Positions 48,201 to 61,921 of a stretch of 64,000 bases of DNA are shown here, in pieces; position 1 is the stretch's first letter, and every line of letters begins with the position of its first letter. Origin of the DNA: Strigamia acuminata (taxonomy: Eukaryota). A program made the translations under genes and the position numbers. The stretch covers positions 26,660,001 to 26,724,000 of the forward strand of contig OX442314.1 in NCBI GenBank assembly GCA_949358305.1, read 5' to 3'. The notes beneath the pieces were generated by a model. It did no database searches, was not told the DNA's origin, and saw only the letters and a list, made by a program, of their open reading frames with translations.

Positions 48201-51200
48201 ACAGTTTTTTGTATGCAGATCAGAGTGGTTTAAGCTCTGAAAGAAACGACAATAGATCACTTTCCATAGGAGACAGCAGTGGAAGTGTCTACTTCAGAAG
48301 TAGTCCACTAAAGGGTAGTGAAGGATCAAAAGAGTCAGCTGAGAATAAAAACACATTCACTGTAGAAAATACAAACAATAACCTGAAGGGGAAGTGGGTT
48401 ACCATAACCACAGCAAAAACACAGAAAATCAAAACTGTCGTGAGTGATAAAGCAAGCGGTTTAGATAATGAAGAAAGTCAACCTGACAGCAGTGGCAAAC
48501 AAGAGAGTGGTATTGCAGATTCTCCTGAGCAACAATCTGAAAATGGGTTTCACTTTTCAAGAGAAAGCAGTAGAGATCTTTCACTTGTTGTGGGAAATGA
48601 TAAATACATACAATCTGCAAGAAAAACAGAAGAAGTTGGACAGAAGAGTGGAAATGAAAGACGTTCTGTTCCTGCAACTGCTTCAGGCTCTGGCAGAGGT
48701 GAACAGCCTAAAAAAGCTCCCAAAAGAAAAGATTGTGGAGTAGTTGGATATCAAAGTAATTTTCCCTCATCAATTCTTGGGATACCAAATGGAAGCGTGC
48801 TTTTACCTGGATTAAGGTCTTCAATGCGTAGTAGTGAAATAAGCTCACCCACAAGAACACTGGGCAGTGGTACCACAAATAGCACTTTAAGTACCTACTC
48901 CACAAATACACCAGGAATGGATAGTAGAAGACAAAGCGGTACAGGATCAACAACAGGATTTACAAGAACACCAAGTTCATTTAGCACTGGGATGACGTTT
49001 GATGATTCAGGAAGCAGTAGCTCGAGGTATCAAGTGTTGCCTGGAACAAAGAGTGGTAGACATTCTTATCCTGAATCATTACCTATAAATTTTGATGGTA
49101 AAAGTGGAAGAAGTTCTCTTCCACTAACATCATCTAAAACTCCGTATGGTGGTGCTCCCTTAATTGGAATTGGAGCTAAATTTGAAAGGTATAGAGCTCC
49201 GTATCGTGGTGCTCCAGCAATGGGATCTAAGATGGAAAAGTATAAAGACCCATTTCCTAGATCAAGTTTAGGTAATGTGATTGCTAATAAAGGGGGTTTT
49301 GTCGAGCCAGACACCAGAAGTGATTCAGTCACAAGCATTTCACCAGGATTTAGTAGAATTAATGTAAGACCATTTTCTTGGATGCAAACCACAGCAAAAA
49401 ACGGTGGTTCAGGATTGCAGTCGGATGGCACATCGGATGTTAGAGTGGAACCTGTAAGTAGCAGTCGGCATCTAATCGTTGTAGGATCAGACGGATTGAT
49501 TGTCGGTAACAAAAATTCAATTTTTGAAGCAAATGAGAATCAAATACAACCTGCAGCAACATTATCACCCAGAAGCAATGGAAGAGAAACTGAAACAGAT
49601 GCATCACAATCAACCGGTGTAGGATTAACATCGGAAAAAATGAGCACTTCTAAGCCGTTATCAGCAATGGGAGGGGTGATGAGTGATAATGAACCAATAG
49701 ATTCAAATCCAACTGGTAAAAGTATATCTCAACTAGTTAGTTCTATGGGATTTTTTGTTAGTTCAGCCAGTTTAGAAGAAGGTCAGCAGTCTGACAATGT
49801 TTTATTTCCAAGAACAGAAAATGATATTGACTTATTGTCAGAAAGAGAAAGGGATGCTGCTTATACTTCTGCTTCCGATCCCAAGAAAGCTAGTCCAATA
49901 TCTGGAAGTCTGCAAACTGGACCTCCAATAATTAATAGACAAATGTCTTCAGAAAATACGTTAAAAGACCAAATGATGAAATATACACCAATTTCAAATG
50001 TACCAGTTAGAACTGGAGCTTTATTCAACCTACACGATCAAAGACAAAGTAATGAATTCTCAAGTTCTAATGGATCATTCATTGACAGTATGCAACAAGA
50101 AGCAATACCTTTATTGGAATCAAGTACAGAATCTAGAGGAAGATTGCCACAAAGACAATATTTTTCTTCTTCAGATTCATCTTCCAATGGTTCAGAAGCA
50201 ATTAAGAATTCTTTGGAACCACAGATATTCACGAATTCAAATGAGAATAGAATAGAACAAACTGCTTCACTGTCAAAAACATCTGTCAGGAAAAGGAACT
50301 TGGATCATAATATCAATGGTCAGCCCATTTACGCTCAGCACATAGATGATACGACTGGTTTGACTATTGATAATGGAGTAGAACAAATTGCTCCAATGTC
50401 AGAAACATCTGCCAGGAAAACAGTTGAAGACTCAGGATCAATCTTAACTCAGAATAGTGAAGCTCATCTTGCATCAACAAGTGCGAAGTCATTAATTGGA
50501 AAGCCATTTGATAATAAAGCGACAGAACACCGGTTTGATGACAAAATAATTGAACACCGGCTTTTAAGTGCACAGATATTAGTGAAAGCAAATGAGAATG
50601 GAGTAGGACAGTCTGCTCCAATGTCAGAAACATCTGTCAGGAAAACATCGGAAGACTCTGGATCAATCTTGAGCCAAAATGGTGAAGCTCATCTTGCATC
50701 AACAAGTGCAAAGTCATTAATTGGAAAGCCATTTGGTAATAAAGCGACGGATTACCGGTTTGATGATAAAATAGTTGAACACCAGCTTTCAAGAACACAG
50801 ACATTTGTGAAAGCAAACGAGAATGGAGTAGGGCAGTCTGCTCCAAAGTCAGGAACATCTGTCACGAAAGCATTGGAAGACTCTGGATCACTCGTGAGCC
50901 AAAATGGTGAAACTCATCTTGCATCAACAAGTGCAAAGTCATTAATTGGAAAGCCATTTGATAATAAAGCGTCGGATCACCGGTTTGCTGATAAAATAGT
51001 TGAACACCAGCTTTCAAGAACACAGACATTTGTGAAAGCAAACGAGAATGGAGTAGGGCAGTCTGCTCCAATGTCAGGAACATCTGTCAGGAAAGCATTG
51101 GTAGACTCTGGATCAATCGTGAGCCAAAATGGTGAAACTCATCTTGCATCAACAAGTGCAAAGTCATTAATTGGAAAGCCATTTGATAATAAAGCGTCGG

Positions 51201-54200
51201 ATCACCGGTTTGATGATAAAATAGTTGAATACCAGCTTTCAAGAACACAGACATTTGTGAAAGCAAACGAGAATGGAGTAGGGCAGTCTGCTCCAATGTC
51301 AGGAACATCTGTCAGGAAAGCATTGGTAGACTCTGGATCAATCTTGAGCCAAAATTGTGAAGCTCATCTTACATCAACAAGTGCACAGATATTAGTGAAA
51401 GCAAATGAGAATGGAGTAGGACAGTCTGCTCCAATGTCAGGAACATCTGTCAGGAAAACATTGGAAGACTCTGGATCAATCTTGAGCCAAAATGGTGAAG
51501 CTCATCTTGCATCAACAAGTGCACAGATATTAGTGAAAGCAAATGAGAATAGAATTGGACAGTCTGTTCAAATGTCAGAAAAATCATTCATTCACAGTAT
51601 GCAACAAGAAGCAATACCTTTATTGGGGTCGATTAGTGAATTTGCTAACCTGTTCAATACAGGATCTAGAGGAAGATTGCCACAAAGACAATATTTTTCT
51701 TCTTCAGAATCATCTTCTAATGGTTCAGAAGGAATTAAGAATTCTTTGGAACCACAGATATTCATGAATTCAAATGAGAATAGAATAGAACAAACTGCTT
51801 CACTGTCAAAAACATCTGTCAGGAAAAGGAACTCTGATCGTATTGTCAATGGTCAACCCATTTACGCTCAGCACATAGATGATACGACTGGTTTGACTAT
51901 TGATAATGGAGTAGAACAAACTGCTCCAATGTCAGAAACATCTGCCAGGATATCAGTTGAAGACTCAGGTTCAATTTTAACTCAGAATGGTAAACCTCAT
52001 CTTGCATCAACAAGTGCAAAGCCATCATCTGGAAAGCCATTTGATAATAAAACGACGGTACATCGGTTTGATGACAAAGTTGTAGAAGACCAGCTTTCAA
52101 GAACACAGATATTTGTGAAAGCAAATGAGAATGGAGTAGGGCAGTCTGCTCCAATGTCAGGAACATCTGTCAGGAAAACATTGGAAGACTCCGGATCAAT
52201 CTTGAGCCAAAATGGTGAAGCTCATCTTGCATCAACAAGTGCACAGATGTTACTGAACGCAAATGAGAATGGAATAGTACAGTCTGCTCCAATATCAGGA
52301 ACATCTGTCAGGAAAACATTGGAAGACTCTGGATCAATCTTGAGCCAAAATGGTGAAGCTCATCTTGCATCAACAAGTGCAAAGTCATTAACTGGAAAGC
52401 CATTTGATAATAACGTGATGGAACACCGGTTTGATGATAAAATAGTTGAACACCGGCTTCAAAGTGCACAGATATTAGAGAAAGCAAATGAGAATGGAAT
52501 TGGACAGTCTGCTCCAATGTCAGGAACATCTGTCAGGAAAGCATTGGAAGACTCTGGATCAATCTTGGGCCAAAATGGTGAAGCTCATCTTACATCAACA
52601 AGTGCAAAGTCATTAACTGGAAAACCATTTGATAATAAAGCGATGGAACACCGGTTTAATGACAAAGTAGCAGAAGACCAGCTTTCAAGAACACAGATAT
52701 TTGTGAAAGCAAACGAGAATGGAGTAGGGCAGTCTGCTCCAATGTCAGGAACATCTGTCAGGAAAACATTGGAAGACTCTGGATCAATCTTGAGCCAAAA
52801 TGGTGAAGCTCATCTTGCATCAACAAGTGCAAAGTCATTAACTGGAAAGCCATTTGATAATAACGTGATGGAACACCGGTTTGATGATAAAATAGTTGAA
52901 CATGGACTTCTAAGTGCACAGATATTACTGAACGCAAATGAGAATGGAGTAGGACAGTCTGCTCCAATGTCAGGAACATCTGTCAGGAAAACATTAAAAG
53001 ACTCTGGATCAATCTTGAGCCAAAATGGTGAAGCTCATCTTGCATCAACAAGTGCACAGATATTAGTGAAAGCAAATGAGAGTGGAATTGGACAGTCTGC
53101 TCTAATGTCAGGAACATCTGTCAGGAAAACGTTGGAAGACTCTGGATCAATCTTGAGCCAAAATGGTGAAGCTCATCTTGCATCAACAAGTGCACAGATA
53201 TTAGTGAAAGCAAATGAGAATGGAGTAGGACAGACTGCTTCAATGTCAGCAAAATCATTCATTCACAGTATGCAACAAGAAGCAATATCTTTATTGGGGT
53301 CGATTAGTGAATTTGCTAACCTGTTCAATACAGGATCTAGAGGAAGATTGCCACAAAGACAACATTCTTCTTCTTCAGAATCATCTTCTAATGGTTCAGA
53401 AGCAATTAAGAATTCTTTGGAACCACAGATATTTATGAATTCAAATGAGAATAGAATAGAACAAACTGCTTCACTGTCAAACACATCTGTCAGGAAAACA
53501 TTGGAAGACTCTGGATCAATTTTGAGCCAAAATGGTGAAGCTCATCTTGCATCAACAAGTGCAAAGTCATTAACTGGAAAGCCATTTGATAATAAGGCAA
53601 TGGAACATTGGCTTGATCATAGAGCGGCAGAACACGACCTTCCAAATGCACAAATATTTTTGAAAGCAAACGTGAATGAAGTAGAACAAACAATGATGGA
53701 AACATCTGCCAGGAAATCAGTCGAAGACTCTCGGTCAATATTAAGCCAGAATGGTGAAAGTCATACATCAGTTAGAAAGCCATTTGATAATAAAGGTACG
53801 GAACACAGACTTGATGATGGAGTGGTAAAACACTGGTTTCCAAGTACACAAACACTTGCCAATGAAATTTCAAGTGCTGCTCTATTGGAACAAAAGGCTG
53901 AAGGGGCGTCGTACCAAGATAGTTTTGATGACCAAACATCTGGAGAAACAATTGTTTATAAAGTTGAGGATGATGCTTCACCCAATCATGGTGAGAGTGG
54001 ATCAAGCAAAAGTAGTTTAATACTCAAAGAATCACCGGTAAAGGTGGTACCGGGAGTTAGTAGAATTCACATAAGACCATTTTTTTGGATCCAACCCACA
54101 CCAAACAACGGAGGAGCAGGATTGCAGTCAGTTGGCACGTCAGATATTACAGCGGAACCTGTAAGTAATAGTCGACATCTAATTGCAGTAGGATCAGGTG

Positions 54201-57200
54201 GATTGATTATTGGTAACAAAAATTCAACTTTTGAAGCAAATGAAAATCAAACACTTCCTGAAGCAACATTACTACCCAGAAGCAGTGGAAGAGACGCATC
54301 ACAATCAACCAGTGTTGGGTTAGCGGCGTTGAGTGTAAGTAAATTGAAAAACATGAGCAGTGCTACACTATTATCAGTAAAGGAAAATGTGATGAGTGAC
54401 CATGACCCAGAAGATTCAAATCCAACTGGTAAAAGTTTATCTCGACTAGTTCAATCTATGGGATTTTTTGTTAGTACCACCAGTTTGCAGGAAGCTCAGC
54501 TGTCTGAGAATGTTTCATTTTTAAGTACAGAAAGTGATAATGACTTATTGCCAGAACTAAAAAGGAATGTTGGTTCTAACATCGTCTCTCATCTCAAGAA
54601 CATTGGTAGACAAATATCTTCAGAAAATCTTTTAAACGAGCAAATGACGGATTATACTCCAATTCCAAATGAATCAGTTGGTAATGAAACTTTATTCAAC
54701 CAGCAAGATCAAAGACAAACAGAAAAAATCAATGAATCCTCTACTCCGAATGGATCATTCATTCGCCGTAAACAACAGAAAGCAATGCCTTTATTGCGGT
54801 CAACTCGTAAGCTTGCTAACCAGTTCAATACAGAAGCTGGAGGAATATTGAGGCAAAGACAACATTCTTCTTCTTCAGATTCATCTTCTGTTGCTTCAGA
54901 AACAACAGAGAATATAGGAAGACAAATATCTTCAGAAAATCTTTTAAACGAGCAAATGACGGATTATACTCCAATTCCAAATGAATCAGTTGGTAATGAA
55001 ACTTTATTCAACCAACAAGATCAAAGACAAACAGAAGAAATCAATGAATCCTCTACTCCTAATGGATCATTCATTCGCCATAAACAACAGAAAGCAATGC
55101 CTTTATTGCGGTCAACTAGTAAGCTTGCTAACCAGTTCAATACAGAAGCTGGAGGAATATTGAGGCAAAGACATCATTCTTCTTCTTCAGATTCATCTTC
55201 TGATGCTTCAGAAACTTCAGAAACAACAGAGAATCCTATAGAAACACAGATATTACTCAAAACAAATGAGAATAGAATAGAAGAACCTGCTTCAATGTCC
55301 AAAAGATCTAACAAGAAAACAAAATCGCGTTTTAGGGCCAATGGTCAAACAGTCTACGGTCGGCACATTGATGATGTGCCTTATTTGAATATTGAGGATG
55401 AAGTAAAACCGGCTCCTCCAATGTCAGCATCATTAGCCACTAAACCAGTTAAAGACACGCCACCAGTTAAAGACACGCCACCAGTTAAAGACACGCCACC
55501 AGTTAAAGACACGCCACCAGTCTTTTCTCGGAAAGATATAGGAAATCTTGAATCAACAAGTAAGAAGAAATTAACTAGAAAGCCATTTGATAACAAAGAA
55601 ATAGAACACCGGCCCGATGATAAAGCGGTGGCACACCGACTTCCAAATGCTCAGATATTTGTGGAAGCAAATGAGAATGAAGTGGAACAAACAGCTACAA
55701 TGGACATATCTGCCAGGGAATCAGATAAAGACTCTCAGTCAAGCTTAGCCCAGAATAGAGAACCTCAACCAGCATCAACTAGTGTGAAGTTACCAACTGG
55801 AATGCCATTTCATAATAAACCTGTGGAACATGGGCTTGATGATACAGTGGTACAACACTGGCTTCCACAAACACTTGCCAATGAAATGTCAAGTGCCACT
55901 CTATTGGAACGAGACATTGTAGGGGCATCACACCGGGATAGTTCTGACAAAACATCTGGAGAAACCGATGTGGATAAACCGGAGGAGGATGCTGCATCCA
56001 GTCTTGGCGAAGATGAATCGACCAAAAGAAGTCTATCGCCCAAAGAATCAATGATAAAGATTGGATCAGGATTTAGTAGGATCAACATAAGACCATTTTC
56101 TCGGATACCATCCGCACGAAACAACAGTAGCACAGGATTACAGTCAGTTGGCACATCGGATGTCACGGAACCTGTAAGTAGCAGTCGGCATCTAATCGCA
56201 GTAGGATCGGACGGATTGATTGTCAGGAACAGAAATTCAACACCTGAAGCAAATGAAAATCAAATACGGTCTGAAGCAACATTAACACCCAGAATCAACG
56301 GAAGAGAAATTGAAATAGACTCATCACAATCAACCGGTGTTGGGTTAGCGTCCTTCGGTGGGAGTAAATTGAAAACATTGAGCAGTTCGGCGCCATTGTC
56401 AATAACAGAAGTTGTGATGAGTGACCATGGCCCAATAGATTTAAATGCAACGGGTAAAAGTTTATCTCAACTTGTTCAATCTATGGGATTTTTTGTTAGT
56501 TCAACTAGTTTGGAGGAAGGTCAGCAGTCTGACAATGTTTCATTTCCAAGAACAGATAATGATGTTGACTTGTTGTCGGAAATAGAAAGGAAAGTTGTTT
56601 CTACCTCGGACTCTGAGCAGAAGAAAACAAGTCCATTGTCGGGAAGTCTGCAATCTGGACTTTCCACAATTAATAGACAAATGTCTTCGGAAAATATATT
56701 AAAAGACCAAATGATGAAATATACACCAATTTCAAATGGACCAGTTAGAACTGGAGCTTTTTTCAACCTACAAGATCAAAGACAAACGGAAGAAATTAGT
56801 GAGTTGTCAATCTCTACTGGATTATTCAATAACAGTACGCCGGAAGAAGCAATATCTTCATTGGGGCCAAGTAGGCAACGTGCTTACAAGTCTAACTCAG
56901 GAGCAAGAAAAAGACGGAGTCAAATGTACTTTTCTCCTTCCGATTCATCTTCTGATGGGTCAGGAACAATAAACAATTATTTGGACACACACATTTTCAT
57001 TAACTCAACTGAGCAGGGAATAGAAGACAATGCTTCAATTTCAAAAACATCTGTCAGGAAAATGGACTCAGGATCGACATTAACTAAGGATACTAAATCT
57101 CAACTTTCATCAACAAGCATGGAGTCATCAACTGGAGATCCATTTGATAATAAAGCAACTGAACACCGACTTGATGATAAAGCGGTTGAACACCGGCTTA

Positions 57201-60200
57201 GAAATGTGAAGGCAAATGAGAATGAAGCAGAACGGACTCCTCTAATGACAGCTGGAGGAATATTGAGGCAAACACATCATCCTTCTTCTTCAGATTTATC
57301 TTCTAATGCTTCAGAAACATCAGAGAATCCTATAGAAACACAGATATTACTCAAATCAAATGAGAATAGAATAGAAGAAACTGCTTCAATGTCCAAAAGA
57401 TCTAACAAGAAAACAAAATCGCATCGTAGGGCGAATGGTCAAACAGTCTACGGTCAGCACATTGATGATGTGCCTTATTTGAATATTGAGGATAAAGTAA
57501 AACCGGCTCCTCTAATATCAGCAACATTAGCCACTAAACCAGTTAAAGACACGGAACCAGTTAAAGACCCGGAACCAATCTTTTTACGGAAAGTTAAAGG
57601 AGATCTTGAATCAACAAGTAAGAAGACATCAACTAGAAAGCCATTTGATAATAATGAAATAGAACACCGGATCGATGATGAAGCGGTGGCACACCGGCTT
57701 CCAAATGCACAGATATTTGTGGAAGCAAATGATAATGGAGTGGAACAAACTGCTACAATGACGGACATATCTGCCAGGAAATCAGTTGAAGACTCTCAGT
57801 CAAACTTAACCCTGAATAGAGAACGTCAACCAGCATCAACTAGTGTGAAGTTACCAAGTGGAATGCCATTTGATAATAAAACTGTGGAGCACCGGCTTCC
57901 AAATGCACAGATATTTGTGAAAGCAAATGAGAATGGGGTGGATCAAACTGCTACAATGATGGACACATCTGCCAGGAAATCAGTCGAAGACTCTCGGTCA
58001 ATCTTAACCCAGAATGGGGAAAGTCAGCCAGCTTCAACTAGTGTGAAGTCATTAACTGAAAAGCCATTTGATGATAAAACGATGGAACACCAGCTTTCAA
58101 ATGCACAGATATTTGTGAAAGCAAATGAGACTGCAGCAGAACAAACTTCTACAATGACAGAAACATCCGCCAGGAAATCAGTCGAAGACTCTCGGTCAAT
58201 CTTAAGCCAGAATAGTCCAACATCATCTAGTGAGAATTCATCAACTGAAAAGCCATTACATAATAAAGTGTTGGAACACCTGCTTGATAATAAAGGCATC
58301 CGTGAACAGATTCCAAGTGGACAGGTATCTGTGCAAGCAAATGAGAATGGAGTAGGTCAGGCTGCTCAAATGTCAGAAAAATCATTCATTCACAGTATGC
58401 AACAAGAAGCAATACCTTTATTGGGGTCGATTAGTGAATTTGCTAACCCGTTCAATACAGGATCTAGAGGAAGATTGCCACAAAGACAATATTTTTCTTC
58501 TTCAGATTCATCTTCTAATGGTTCAGAAGCAATTAAGAATTCTTTGGAACCACAGATATTCACGAATTCAAATGAGAATAGAATAGAACAAACTGCTTTA
58601 CTGTCAAAAACATCTATCAGGAAAAGGAACTCGGATCGTATTGTCAATGGTCAACCCATTTACGCTCAGCACATAGATGATACGACTGGTTTGACTATTG
58701 ATAATGGAGTAAAACAAACTGCTCCAATGTCAGAAACATCTGCCAGGATATCAGTTGAAGACTCAGGATCAATTTTAACTCAGAATGGTAAACCTCATCT
58801 TCCATCAACAAGTGCAAAGCCATCACCTGGAAAGCCATTTGATAATAAAACAATGGAACATCGGCTTGATGACAAAGTAGTAGAAACCCAGCTTTCAAGA
58901 ACACAGATATTTGTGAAAGCAAACGAGAATGGAGTAGGGCAGTCTGCTCCAATGTCAGGAACATCTGTCAGAAAAACATTGGAAGACTCTGGATCAATCT
59001 TGAGCCAAAATGGTGAAGCTCATCTTGCATCAACAAGTACGAAGTCATTAATTGGAAAGCCATTTGATAATAAAGCGACGGATCACCGGTTTGATGATAA
59101 AATAGTTGAACACCGGCTTCAAAGTGCACAGATATTAGAGAAAGCAAATGAGAATGGAATTGGACAGTCTGCTCCAATGTCAGGAACATCTGTCAGGAAA
59201 ACATTGGAAGACTCTGGATCAATCTCGAGCCAAAATAGTGAAGCTCATCTTGCATCAACAAGTGCAAAGTCATTAATTGGAAAGTCATTTGATAATAAAG
59301 CGACAGAACAGCGGTTTGATGAGAATGGAGCAGAACAAACCGCTCCAATGTCAGAAACGTCTGCCAGGAGAACAGTTGAAGAATCAGGATCAATTTTAAT
59401 TCAAAATGGTAAACTTCATCTTGCATCAACAAGTGCAAAGCCATCACCTGGAAAGCCATTTGATAATAAAAGGACGGAACATCGGTTTGATGACAAAGTA
59501 GTAGAAGACCAGCTTTCAAGAACACAAAAATTTGTGAAAGCAAACGAGAATGGAGTAGGGCAGTCTGCTCCAATGTCAGGAACATCTGTCAGGAAAACAT
59601 TGGAAGACTCTGGATCAATCTTGAGCCAAAATGGTGAAGCTCATCTTGCATCAACAACTGCGAAGTCTTTAATTGGAAAGACATTTGATAATAAAGCGAC
59701 AGATCACCGGTTTGATGAGAATGGAGCAGAACAAACCGCTCCAATGTCAGAAACGTCTGCCAGGATAACAGTTGAAGACTCAGGATCAATTTTAACTCAA
59801 AATGGTAAACTTCATCTTGCATCAACAAGTGCAAAACCATCACCTGGAAAGCCATTTGATAATAAAACGACGGAACATCAATTTGATGACGAAGTAGTAG
59901 AAGACCAGCTTTCAAGAACACAGATATTTCTGAAAGCAAACGAGAATGGAGTAAAACCGTCTCCTCCAATGCCAGAAACACAAACATCTGTCACGAAAAC
60001 ATTTGAACACTCTAAGTCAACCTTAATTCAAAACGGTGACAGGCACCCAGCATCAACCAGTGCAAATTCTTCACCTGGAAGGCCATTTGACAATAAAGCA
60101 ATAGAACTCCGGCTTGACGATAAAGTGGTTGGACACCAGCTTCCGAGTGAACAGATATTCGTGAAAACAAATGAGAATGAAGTGGAAAAACTTGCTTCAA

Positions 60201-60874
60201 TTTCAGAAACATCTGCCAGGGAAATAGTTGAAGACACCGGGTCAGTCTTTACCCAAAGTCAACCAACATCAACTAGCGTAAAGTCATCAACTGGAAAGCC
60301 AAGTACACAAACACTTGCCAAAGAAACCTCGAGAGCTACTCTGTTGGAAGAAGAGTTCGTAATGGGATCGTACCGAGATAGTTCTACCCAAACATCTGGA
60401 GAAACAGTTGCGTACAACGTGGAGGATGATGCAGCGTCTAGCTTCGGTGAGAGTGATTCAAGCATAAGTTATCGAAGGCACAAAGAATCGGCGGTGAAGA
60501 AATTTGAAGCAATAAGTAAAACAACTAAAGTTAATGCTCAAACTTCAACTTCGGAGAAAAAATCGGATTATAAAGTGCCAACGGAGGAAGAGAAACCTAG
60601 ACATCGTAAATCAGACTCCGACGGGTTTTTGAAAAGGAAATTCAGTAATGGTTTAGGACTTTTGATTGAATCGGCGTCGTTTTTTCCATCGGTGCAATCT
60701 GTGAGGACTTTAATTCGAGCACCAAGGATGTTTCTTTCCAGTCGGAGGTTGGATGACGCGAGAAATCGTCGATGTACCTCCTGCTCATCGGAACGGATGA
60801 AAAGTGCCGCCGAAGATGTTTCTGGTTTAAAATGGTGTAGTGATAGTTCAGAATCAGACGAGAGCTTGCACTGA
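45289..60874 (+). CDS. Unassigned leader-family gene 2: giant (~4899-aa) Ser/Thr/Glu/Lys/Asn-rich repeat protein; exons 45289-45370, 45429-45785, 46614-60874
   Basis: Exon 1 encodes MIGTALVVTQIALRMISLFTDTDGRLG then C|gtaagc; acceptor tttatttgcag (45428); donor G|gtgggt (45786); acceptor tttgcag (46613). Both introns are phase 1 and join in frame (14700 nt). The last exon is 14.26 kb without a stop. An in-frame upstream ATG at 45235 would add 18 aa. Confidence 0.85.
45809..45892. mobile_element. 84-bp piggyBac-like MITE in intron 2 of the giant gene
   Basis: TTAA-CCCTTTCACTGTC...GGCACTGAATGGG-TTAA; same terminus family as 27385-27425. Confidence 0.7.
46101..46307. mobile_element. TA-flanked MITE (~205 bp) with perfect 41-bp inverted ends
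   Basis: TATACTCTGGCCATGCATAACTTGAGCCTAAATCCGAGCCT (46101-46141) is the exact reverse complement of 46267-46307. Confidence 0.88.
50360..60240 (+). repeat. Coding repeat array of the giant gene: 225-nt (75-aa) unit, 138-nt (46-aa) deletion variant and higher-order modules
   Basis: The unit KANENGVGQSAPMSGTSVRKTLEDSGSILSQNGEAHLASTSAKSLIGKPFDNKATDHRFDDKIVEHQLSRTQTFV recurs at 225-nt spacing (e.g. 50586, 50811, 51036); the short unit is spaced 138 nt (51398, 51536). Confidence 0.95.
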
Positions 60875-61559
60875 AGCTGAATCTAAATCTGATTTTATTT
60901 TCAGTGTTTTTTTTTTTTTTTTTTTTTTTTATATATTGAAAAAAGAAAAGAAATTAAACACAATTTTGGAAATGATTATTCCAACGTGTTTTGATGTTTC
61001 AAAATACAAGTGGAGTAGTTGTTTTTTTTTTTTTAGCTTTATTTATTTTATTGCATTTTTATTAAGTTTATTATATAATTCGTGGCTGCAATTATATTAA
61101 TAATTTAATAAGTTTATATTTGTCATGAAATAATGTATAAATATTGTATTGATTAGCATTTATTAAGAGTTAAAAAGTCCCAACTATAAACAGACATAAA
61201 AATTTTTTGTTATTTATTTATATTAGTATGTTTTTTTCTGTTTATCATTAAATTCCATATGGGGGAGAAAAAATATTATTTTATTTCTTATTTTTAAATT
61301 GCGTTTTTATTTTATTTTATTTTTTAATTTTAAATAGTATGTTCAGTTTACAGATGATTTATTTATTTTATTATCACATTTTTGAAATTCAGTTTACAGT
61401 TGACTTTGTTATTACATTTTTGAAATTGTAAAATTTTGAATCCTGTGTAATAAATGTTTCTAATATTCTAAAATCGTGATTTATTTACAATTCGTTTCTT
61501 CCTGATGGTGTTATTTATTTATTCATTCGGAAACTGTACATTTCATTGTTTAAAACTTT

Positions 61560-61622
61560 GCCACTAGATGGCACGGTGGATAATTTCATTACCCATGATG
61601 CTAAATTTGTTTCCATAACAAC
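61560..61622 (+). promoter_or_regulatory. Putative promoter module of leader-family gene 3: CTCF-like site + CCATGATGC + RFX X-box
   Basis: GCCACTAGATGGCAC (61560), CCATGATGC (61593) and GTTTCCATAACAAC (61609-61622). Confidence 0.55.
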
Positions 61623-61921
61623 GAACGTTTAAAATTCTATTTTCTGGCAGACGTGTGGGAAGATGGACAAAATTTGTAGTTTATAATCTCAAAATATTGT
61701 AAAATTAATTAACTAATTAAATTAGTTAATTAATAAATTGTGATTTAAAATTTAGAATCCGAAAGACCAAATTAATGGAATAAGAATATTATCTCCCACA
61801 CAAATCGAAAAAGCCTAAAATTTCAGATAAATATGAATATTGAATTTCTTTGACAGTACGACCCAAGTTCTAAGTTATTATTTCTTCTAATATCTTCGTA
61901 AAAAACGGTAAATTTGCAACC

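Noticed and set aside
50364..59987. Repeated minus-strand ORFs beginning MFLTLEQT
   Set aside because: Antisense shadows of the 225-nt coding repeat.
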